Assembly (NCBI GenBank): GCA_965205025.1
Contig: CBDBFU010000014.1
Coordinates: 224,001-288,000, forward strand
DNA: 64,000 bases
From: Candidatus Poribacteria bacterium
GTDB taxonomy: Bacteria > Poribacteria > WGA-4E > WGA-3G
Direction: 5' to 3'
Under the pieces are notes generated by a model. That model was not told where the DNA came from, did not search any database, and saw only the letters and a program-made list of their open reading frames with translations. Positions 50,980 through 59,730 of this stretch are shown piece after piece (within the stretch, counting starts at the first letter, position 1; every line of letters starts with the position of its first letter). The translations under genes were made by a program, and so were the position numbers.

Positions 50980-52643
50980 ATACATCAAATCAATCTAATA
51001 CCTCAAATGAAAAACCAAGCACTATTGAGGACATCATCCGGACTATACAAGAAAAGTCAAAAGATGGTAGCTACATCTTCCGTGGTGAACGCCAATGTCG
51101 TAATAAAAAAGTTTCCTCAAAACTTTATCGAGACTTTGAGGATATAGACTCAGAAACATTTGATATTGAGGTAATCCAAAAAGAGATGCTTAGCGGTGCT
51201 AAAAAACATACTGGACATTATCCACAATCAGGGGAGACACCTCCAGACTTCCGTCCAACTCTCGCGAGAATGTTTAGGGTGAGAGAAGAAGATACTGCAG
51301 AAACTATTGATTTTGAGATACTTACTGAAATCCAACACTATGGTGGTAAGACAAATCTAATTGATTTCACGACCGACTATTGCATTGCCCTATTTTTCGC
51401 ATGCGATGGTCACCATGACAAAGACGGTCGATTAATCCTACTAAAAACACAGAATATAAAAGACATGATCAAGTATCCCAAGGAGCCAAGACATCGGGTT
51501 ATCGCCCAGAAAAGTGTAATTGTGCGTCCGCCGAAAGGTTATATTGAACAGCACGAGTATCATATAGTAAAAATCCCCGCTAAACTCAAAGAGGAAGTAC
51601 TACAGTATTTAGAAAAATATCATGGGATTTTCACGGAAACAATCTATAATGATCTTCATGGTTTTATTAGAAACCAGGATATTCATGGAGACGCCAACAC
51701 ATCTTTTTATAGAGGACTCGCATGTAGCAATAGAGGAGATAAAGTGGAAAGCAAAGAAGAAAAACAGAAGGAATATGAAGAAGCTATAACACACTATACT
51801 AAGGTAATCGAATTAAGACCCGATTTTGCTGGGGCATATAACAATCGTGGTAGTGCCTACAGCGATAAAGGTGAGCTTGACAGAGCTATCAAAGACTATG
51901 ACACCGCAATAGAAATCAAACCTGATTATGCTAATGCATATAATAATCGTGGTAGTGTTTACAGCGATAAAGGTGAGTTTGACAAAGCTATCAAAGACTA
52001 TGACACCGCAATAGAAATCAAACCTGATCATGATGCATATATCAATCGTGGTAGTGTTTACAGCGATAAAGGTGAGTTTGACAAAGCTATCAAAGACTAT
52101 GACACCGCAATAGAAATCAAACCTGATCATGATGCATATATCAATCGTGGTATTGTCTACAACAAGAAAGGTGAGTTTGACAAAGCTATCAAAGACTATG
52201 ACACCGCAATAGAAATCAAACCTAATTATGCCAAGGCATATAATAGTCGTGGTATTGCCTACGGAGAAAAAGGTGAGCTTGACAAAGCTATCAAAGACTG
52301 TGACATGGCAATAGAAATCAATCCTAATTATGCTGACGCATATAACAATCGTGGCTTCACCTATCAAAAAAAAGATGATGTTGATAACGCCATAAAAGAT
52401 TATAACACCGCGATAGAATTGGATCCTGGAATGGCAATAGCCTATACTAATCGAGGAGAAGCATGGCTACACTTAAAAGAATGGGATAAAGCGAGAACCG
52501 ACTTAATGACCGCCAAGGACATGGGCATAAGTATTATAGAGTCATTTCAGAATGACTATAAAAGCGTTGCCGACTTTGAGCAGAAGTATAACGTTGAACT
52601 CCCCGAAGACATTGCCGCACTACTAACACCTCCACAGTTATAG
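50976..52643 (+). CDS. FRG domain + expanded TPR array protein
   Basis: YIFRGE, IQHYGGKTNLIDFT and HRVIAQKSV motifs; near-identical TPR units; ends LPEDIAALLTPPQL. Confidence 0.92.
   Translation: MNTSNQSNTSNEKPSTIEDIIRTIQEKSKDGSYIFRGERQCRNKKVSSKLYRDFEDIDSETFDIEVIQKEMLSGAKKHTGHYPQSGETPPDFRPTLARMFRVREEDTAETIDFEILTEIQHYGGKTNLIDFTTDYCIALFFACDGHHDKDGRLILLKTQNIKDMIKYPKEPRHRVIAQKSVIVRPPKGYIEQHEYHIVKIPAKLKEEVLQYLEKYHGIFTETIYNDLHGFIRNQDIHGDANTSFYRGLACSNRGDKVESKEEKQKEYEEAITHYTKVIELRPDFAGAYNNRGSAYSDKGELDRAIKDYDTAIEIKPDYANAYNNRGSVYSDKGEFDKAIKDYDTAIEIKPDHDAYINRGSVYSDKGEFDKAIKDYDTAIEIKPDHDAYINRGIVYNKKGEFDKAIKDYDTAIEIKPNYAKAYNSRGIAYGEKGELDKAIKDCDMAIEINPNYADAYNNRGFTYQKKDDVDNAIKDYNTAIELDPGMAIAYTNRGEAWLHLKEWDKARTDLMTAKDMGISIIESFQNDYKSVADFEQKYNVELPEDIAALLTPPQL
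51835..52420 (+). repeat. Near-identical 99-102 bp TPR-coding tandem repeats
   Basis: AATCGTGGT...GACAAAGCTATCAAAGACTATGACACCGCAATAGAAATCAAACCT repeated about 5-6 times. Confidence 0.92.
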
Positions 52644-52920
52644 CAGCATAGTAAAAAACACTCACCTTAGCAGGTTAACTGATGTTACAGATTCCCAATC
52701 CGTGTAATCTGTGTAATCTGTGTAATCCGACGAATTCCATACGCGGATTCGGCGTTGATTTGGTGATTCAGACAACACAGAACCCCAAACAGACAGGACA
52801 ACCCTAACACCAAAACACAGACCAATGCAAAGGCTTACCCTTGAAAATGATCTTGCTAAGCTGGTCTCCGAACTGTCCAATTTAACGGAAAAAGAAATTG
52901 CGATTGTGGAAAGGTCTGTC
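52600..52920 (+). repeat. Cassette junction repeat copy 3 (complete)
   Basis: CTAACACCTCCACAG tail, AATCTGTGT 9-mers, CACAGACCAATG, then CTTGAAAATGA..TAAGCTGGT..TTTAACGGAA..ATTGCGATTGTGGA. Confidence 0.9.
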
Positions 52921-53015
52921 CGATTGGCAAAAGACGCTTAGATTGAGAGGGAAATAGGGATTTTGGTTGATATGTCGGGGTTGGTTGCGTTATCATTACC
53001 ATCAAGGAATACGAA

Positions 53016-53699
53016 TTGTGCAGGAGAAAAGTTATGCAAGAACTAAATCAAGGGTTTGTTAATGCTTCTTACGACCCCAATTTTATTTATGCTGATAACA
53101 CACTATCTCGCATACAGGATAGTGTTGAGGCGTACAATAACCAAGGCGTTAATCATGCCAAAAATGGACATTATGATCTTGCCATCATCTCCTTCAAAAA
53201 AGCGATAGAACTAAAACCTGATTATGCTACATCTTATTATAATCGAGGTCTAACTTATCTGCTCAACGACGAAGTTGATAAGGCAATAAGAGATTATACA
53301 AAAGTAATAGAACTTAACCCAGATAATGCGGAAGTCTATAACATGCGTGGATGTATTTATTTCAGCAAAAATGTGGTTGACCATGCCATTAAAGACTTTA
53401 ATAAAGCAATAGAGCTGAACCCAGATAATGCCGTTGCCTATAACAACCGCGGTTTAGCTTATGCGAAAAAAAGTCAGGTGGAATTTGCTATTGCTGACTA
53501 TTCTAAAGCGATAGCACTCAATCCCGATTTTGCTGAGGCATATTATTATCGCGGAGGTGCATTGTTACGACTCGAAAAGCGAGAGAGGGCTAAATTAGAC
53601 CTCGCGATTGCCAGAAGCATGGAATATGACTCTCTCATTGCCTTAGACAAAATACTGAAAGATTACGATCGCGCATGGAAAACCCTCGCCAACTTATGA
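53016..53699 (+). CDS. TPR protein
   Basis: About five canonical TPRs (AYNNRG..Y); likely start ATG at 53034. Confidence 0.85.
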   Translation: MCRRKVMQELNQGFVNASYDPNFIYADNTLSRIQDSVEAYNNQGVNHAKNGHYDLAIISFKKAIELKPDYATSYYNRGLTYLLNDEVDKAIRDYTKVIELNPDNAEVYNMRGCIYFSKNVVDHAIKDFNKAIELNPDNAVAYNNRGLAYAKKSQVEFAIADYSKAIALNPDFAEAYYYRGGALLRLEKRERAKLDLAIARSMEYDSLIALDKILKDYDRAWKTLANL

Positions 53700-53786
53700 A
53701 ATATTTAGATGATTGCAGAGAATAAAATCCGCGTCCTCTGTGTCCTCCGCGAATATCCGCGATTCAGATTTTACTCAAAAGTGAAA

Positions 53787-53816
53787 TTGACAAAACCGGC
53801 ACATGTATAGTATGAT
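53787..53816 (+). promoter_or_regulatory. Putative internal sigma-70 promoter
   Basis: TTGACA-18 bp-TATGAT upstream of 53854. Confidence 0.55.
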
Positions 53817-53853
53817 TTAACATTAGAGGTATCTGCATTGTGGTGATCAAAGT

Positions 53854-54887
53854 TTGAACACACAAACAACCGAACTGAACAAGATTTTAGAGATAATTGG
53901 TAGGATAGCAAAAACAACTGCGGATGGAGACTTCATCTACCGCGGCGAACCCGAACATTATAAAGAAGATTCGTACTATGAGAAAGTATCCTCAAGTCTC
54001 TGGCGTGACTGTAGAAAGGAGATTGGAACAGAGGAGTTTGATATAGAAGTCATCCAAAAACAAATGCTGGAAAAGGAGACGTAAAAAACATGCAGACACA
54101 TACAGGACAGGCCTCCTACGATACCGCTATCCAGCACTATAACAAAGCAATCGCTTCAAAACCGAATTTTGCCCACGCTTATAACTATCGCGGCATTGCC
54201 TATAGTAATATAGGTGAGTTTGACCGCGCGATTGAGGATTTCAATAGAGCTATACAACTCAAAGATGACTATGCCGAGGCTTACAGTAATCGTAGTGGTG
54301 TTTACCGTATTCAAGGTGACTATGACCGCGCCATTAAGGATTGTAACACAGCGATAAGACTCGACCCCAATTTGCCAGAAGCATATAACAATCGAGGGAT
54401 AATTTATAAACTCACAGGCGAAATAGATCGGGCTATTGAAGACTATAACACGGCTATAGTACTTGATCCAAACTTCGCTTACGCTTATTACAATCGCGGT
54501 ATTGTCTACCACGAAAGAGACGACTTTGAGCGTGCCATCAGAGACTATACCAAGTCAATAGAACTGAGACCAGACCTTGTCCATCCCTATAATAACCGCG
54601 GGAATGCATACACTCAAAAAGGCGCGTATGAACGTGCTATAAAAGACTATGATGCGGCGATAGAACGGAACACTGATTTAGCAGAGCCGTATTACAATCG
54701 CGGCATGGCGTTTTTAACCCTCGAAAACTGGGATAAGGCAAAATCGGACCTAACAACTGCTGTAGAACTCAAAGAAACTATTGTCCTTGAGAACTTCAGC
54801 AAAGACTATAAAAGCATTGCTAACTTTGAGAAGAAACATAATGTTACCCTACCAGAAAACATCACCGCACTGCTAACACCTCCATAG
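53854..54887 (+). pseudogene. FRG-TPR paralog with most of the FRG domain deleted (split ORFs 53854-54084 and 54090-54887)
   Basis: FIYRGE..KVSS N-terminus but no QHYG core; TPR half ends LPENITALLTPP. Confidence 0.8.
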
Positions 54888-55065
54888 CCATAGCAAAACA
54901 GAAAACACTCACCTTAGCAGATTACCTGATGTAACAGATTACCAATCCGCGTTTTCCGTGTTCTCCGCAATTCAGACAACAAAGAACCCTGAAGGGATAG
55001 GACAACCCCCACACCCAAACACAGACCAATGCCAAAGGGGTGTCTACAGTTTTTGGCATTAATTT
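54850..55065 (+). repeat. Cassette junction repeat copy 4 (MTase tail replaced by ATGCCAAAGGGG...TTTTTGGCAT unit)
   Basis: Same TPR tail and linker blocks as 52600-52830. Confidence 0.85.
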
Positions 55066-55339
55066 ATACCATTTCTGGTAATTAAAGTCTCATTAATAGA
55101 ATCTCTTTTTTGTAGCACAAACTGTATGAAGATTAAGAAAATATTTCGGTAATTCTAATTTTTCCATACCCGGTAGGTGCGGTTTCCTAACCACGGGGAA
55201 TGCTAAATAGCATTCATACCGTTGATTCGAATTTCTAACACATTACCGAATTATTATTTTAAGCTTCATTTAGTTTGTGCCGTATTAGATTACATTTCAC
55301 AAAAACCTGTAATGCGAACCCATTTTTTAGAAATGGTAT
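55066..55339. mobile_element. ATACCATTTCT-TIR MITE with nested element, REP and hairpin unit
   Basis: Same nesting order as 35380-35850. Confidence 0.85.
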
Positions 55340-55512
55340 CAGATAAAATCGAAGATACATTTCATTCACGCCATTGTTAAAACACAATAAACATATGTGA
55401 TTCACGGAAAATTGGTATACTTAAAATTATAAACCCTTATAGAATAAGGGCTCGTAAAATTGCTCCGTGAAGGTTTCCGTGAAAATGCTATCAACTCAGA
55501 ACGATAAATATT

Positions 55513-55638
55513 AACACTTTTTCCATAAAACTTAAAATAATTTGAAGAAAATATAAACATCTAACAACTAACACATATATCACAATAACATAAAATAAAT
55601 TAAATATATTTGTCAAAATCAAAACAAAATGATACAAT
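55513..55638 (+). repeat. About 125 bp AT-rich promoter-containing segment duplicated at 58129-58255
   Basis: Near-identical sequence ending TTGTCA-17-TACAAT in both copies. Confidence 0.85.
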
Positions 55639-57192
55639 ACTATATCGTTCAATAATTATAAACTAAAAATAACACGTTACTTGGGAGATACGAAATATTA
55701 TTTATATCGTGAAAGTATAACTATTTTCTACAGTGTATCTCAAAAATACGAATCGTTCATAACCATATAATTACTCTTCGTAGGGACGGGTTCTCCCCGT
55801 CCGTTATTTCAATATAAAGTACAGTGTAAGAACAAAAAATTCTCCATATATATGATTTATGAGATAAGCTCAAATTATTTAGACTTCTAAACTTTATGCC
55901 AAATTCAACCAAATCCACTATCTGGGAAATAGGAAAATCCATGTTAGAATTACAACCAAAATATTCAGAATTATCACCCCATAAGCAGATACAGAGGAAA
56001 ATCAATGCGAATTCAACCGAATATTTTTTTAGTTTTTCTAATTTTAATATTTTACACCGATTAATCAAATCCTTTGTTATCCCAATCCCCAACAGGGTTT
56101 ACGGCTCATTAAAAAATCATTTCTTAAAAAGCAACTAAAAAAACTTGAAAAACTAAAAGAGCTAAAAAAACTAAAAATTAGACCGGCTTCAAACAAAACA
56201 GACTATCATGCACAACAGTAAACTACAGCGTATCTCATTACTACGAATCGTCCATACAGATATAATTCTCTTCATAGAATTCGGATTTCCCCATCCGTTG
56301 GTTGAAAATATAGCAAATGGCACGTACAAAGAATCCTCCAAATCTATGATTTATGATATATGTTCCAATATCTTGTCAAAATGGAAACACAAAATATTTC
56401 ACATTCAAACAATCCTAAATCAATGGATCAAAAGAAAAGTAAAAGACACAAAATTCATCACCACTTTATAATTTTTACAAATTCTTGTAACCTTAAAAAA
56501 TAGATCTAAACCCAGTGTAGTACTGACGGGATAGAGGTTTTTCCAATGTCACACCATGTGACAAAAAGTGTAACTTTATTCAACATATAAATAACTAAAA
56601 TATTACTATTGTGAACATAAAAAAACAGCAAGATTACAGTAAAATTACCCTCGGTTCAATATAATACATAGAAAAAAGATCCCTATGATACCGTTATATT
56701 CATGCCAAAAACTTTACACACCCATGCCAAAGGGTGTAAACTTTTTGTCACCATAGGTGTTAATTTACACATTAGACTCTTCTGTAGGCGGGGAATGCCT
56801 AAATGGCATTCATACCGTTGATTCCGAACTCCGATTCCCGACTCTTCTCTTCCTCTTCGTAGGGGCGGGGTCTCCCTGACCGATATTTGTATCACAATCT
56901 TCATGAGGATTAAATAAATATTTCGGTAATTCTAATTTTCCCAAACCCGGTAGGTGCGGTTTCCTAACCGCACTGGATTTTTCTTTAAAATTACCGGATT
57001 AAAAAATTAATCTTCATCCAGATTGCGTCTTGCGGTATAGCACAAACTAACAGTTTATGCTACAAAATAGACACATATAGTGACAAATTATTTACATACC
57101 CATGCCAAAGCTTTCACTTGAAAATCCATTTGACGTTATGATATACTGCTGATACAATCAGACTGCAAACATAATATAAGGAGGATTAATCC

Positions 57193-57597
57193 ATGAACGG
57201 CACCGAAAAGGTTGTAAAACATCTGGAAATGACGCAAGCCGTTATTAACCGCTTGGGACGCAACAGTTTTCTCTTAAAAAGTTGGAGCATGACGATCCTC
57301 GTTGCAGCAATGGTCTTAATCACAAGAGAAAACCTGCAAAATTCAAATTTTGTCTTGGTCCTCTTCCTTCCCATCGTAGGATTTTGGATTCTGGATGGAT
57401 ACTTTCTTTCGCAGGAACGGTTGTTCCGATATGTCTATAATGATATCAGAGAGCAAACTGATACCGATTTCAAGATGGATCTCGGCAAGCACAAGGACAA
57501 ACCGAAAAGTAGTTGGATATCCGCTATTTTTTCAGTAACGCTTATTATTTTTTATCTGATAGAAGTCCTTTTTGTGAGTGCAATTGCCTATTTTTAA
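57193..57597 (+). CDS. Small 3-TM membrane protein (putative defence effector)
   Basis: KHLEMTQAVINRL..NSF.LK.W and FW.LDGYFL.QERLFR motifs; GGAGG RBS. Confidence 0.75.
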   Translation: MNGTEKVVKHLEMTQAVINRLGRNSFLLKSWSMTILVAAMVLITRENLQNSNFVLVLFLPIVGFWILDGYFLSQERLFRYVYNDIREQTDTDFKMDLGKHKDKPKSSWISAIFSVTLIIFYLIEVLFVSAIAYF

Positions 57598-57649
57598 ATT
57601 GATTCTAAGTCGATATGAGATGCGTCTTTTCGGTAATACCAAGATTTCT

Positions 57650-57866
57650 AATCACCGCACTGCTAACGCCTCCACAGCCATAGCAGCATAACAGAACTCC
57701 CTTCTTAGAAAATTACCTGATGTTACAGACTGCCAATCCGTGAAATCCGTGTAATCTGTGTAATCCGCGATTCAGACAACAAAGAATCCCGAACAGACAA
57801 GACAACCCTCACACCCAAACACAGACCAATGCCAAAGGGGTGTGTAAAGTTTTTGGCATTAATTTA
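57650..57866 (+). repeat. Cassette junction repeat copy 5 (orphan TPR-gene tail plus linker)
   Basis: ATCACCGCACTGCTAACGCCTCCACAGCCATAG (ITALLTPPQP*) with no TPR gene upstream; closely parallels 54860-55065. Confidence 0.85.
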
Positions 57867-58255
57867 CTTAATATAACGAGTTGTGCTAAATAACTTTTAG
57901 CAACCAATAATTTCACATATATAATAGTTGATATGAATATCCTACATTAGTTAAGACTTTCTTTAGTCCCGTAGGGACGGAATGTCTATAGAAAACCAAT
58001 GAAAAACCTAAGTTGAGTCCCGTAGGGACGGAATGTCTATAGTAAAAAACCAAAATCCGTAAAAACAACAAATACATTTAGTTAACTGGCACAAGTCGTT
58101 AATATAAACTGTATCAAATTCTAATTTCACACTTTTTCCATAAGACTTAAAATAATTTGAAGAAAATATAAACAGCTAACAACTAACACACATATATCAC
58201 AATAACATAAAATAAATTAAATATATTTGTCAAAATCAAAACAAAATGATACAAT

Positions 58256-58376
58256 CAGGACTTACGCATTTCATCTTAAAGTCCCCCTGATAAGGGGGAT
58301 TTAGGGGGTTAAAACACTGAAATGACGGCTTTTTAAGTTAAATTTACCTTTTTCTGATTAAGTTGCGTAAGTCCTG
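58256..58376. mobile_element. CAGGACTTACGCA-TIR MITE (copy without hairpin inserts)
   Basis: Matches 36944-37133 minus the inserted hairpin units. Confidence 0.9.
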
Positions 58377-58529
58377 TAAGAATCTAATGATAAGTCTATT
58401 TTTTGGAGTTTTCTATATCAAAAATACCGTACTCCAGCGGAGTACTATGTCTATAGAAAACAATATCGGAACAGTCTGGCACTCCAGCGGAGTGCCATGT
58501 CCCAATACACTACGTATGAAAAACATATA

Positions 58530-58657
58530 ATACTATTTCTGGTAATTAAAGTCCCATTACAAAAATCTCTTTAATGTAGCACAAACTTCCAGTTTGTGTA
58601 GTATTTCAAGACATAAATATCACCTAATCATGGAAGAATCATTTATAGAAATGGTAT
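58530..58657. mobile_element. ATACCATTTCT-family MITE (copy without nested insert)
   Basis: Same ends, with an uninterrupted GTAGCACAAACTTCCAGTTTGTG palindrome. Confidence 0.8.
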
Positions 58658-58862
58658 AAGTACTTAATACACACTTAAGTTATAATATAATCAACGTATG
58701 TGATTCACGGAGAATTGGTATACTTTAAATTATAAACCCTTATAGAATAAGGCTTCGTAGAATTGCTCCGTGAAGGTTTCCGTGAAAGTCCGGTTTAAAA
58801 TTTGCAATTATCTGCATATATATGGTATACTAAATTAGGTTAATTAAGCGTTAGGTTCAAAA

Positions 58863-58896
58863 CCTTTTTAATCCCATCCCGAGAGGTGGAAAAAGG
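58863..58896 (+). promoter_or_regulatory. PyrR-binding loop of the pyr leader
   Basis: CCTTTTTAAT-CCCATCCCGAGAGGTGG-AAAAAGG resembles the CTTTAA...TCCNGNGAGG consensus, upstream of pyrR. Confidence 0.8.
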
Positions 58897-59048
58897 ATGT
58901 TAGACTACAAAACGGGAACTTATGTTCCCACCTATAATAAAATAATAATACATCAGTTCATACTTAGAGATCTAATTCCAAACTACTCCATTACCTCAAA
59001 TCTATTAAATTTACAAATTTGTTGTAAAGTTCAAATACTAAATCTGAC

Positions 59049-59079
59049 CCTTCTCACTCAAAAGTGAGAAGGTTTTTTT
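59049..59079 (+). terminator. Attenuator terminator of the pyr leader
   Basis: CCTTCTCACT-CAAA-AGTGAGAAGG followed by T7. Confidence 0.85.
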
Positions 59080-59137
59080 ATGTCAAATACATTAGAATAA
59101 ACACTAAGACAAATAATAATTTTACTTGGTCAAAACT

Positions 59138-59691
<554 letters not shown>

Positions 59692-59730
59692 TGTAATATG
59701 TTTCTAATTATAAGGATAGCCTAAACAGAA

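Noticed and set aside
51835-52420. TPR repeats as DGR template/variable regions
   Set aside because: No reverse transcriptase; differences are not adenine-specific; copies are in-frame tandem units
52662-52880. Minus-strand ORF with DYTDYTDYTD
   Set aside because: Translation of the AATCTGTGT 9-mer linker; not conserved as an ORF in sibling linkers
55757-56904. Short ORFs in the AT-rich gap (55757-56092, 55896-56138, 56208-56471, 56683-56904)
   Set aside because: No recognisable motifs or RBS; several overlap repeat elements
47400-57870. Junction repeats as integron attC sites
   Set aside because: No intI in the window and no RYYYAAC...GTTRRRY inverted core; the repeats are direct copies of gene ends
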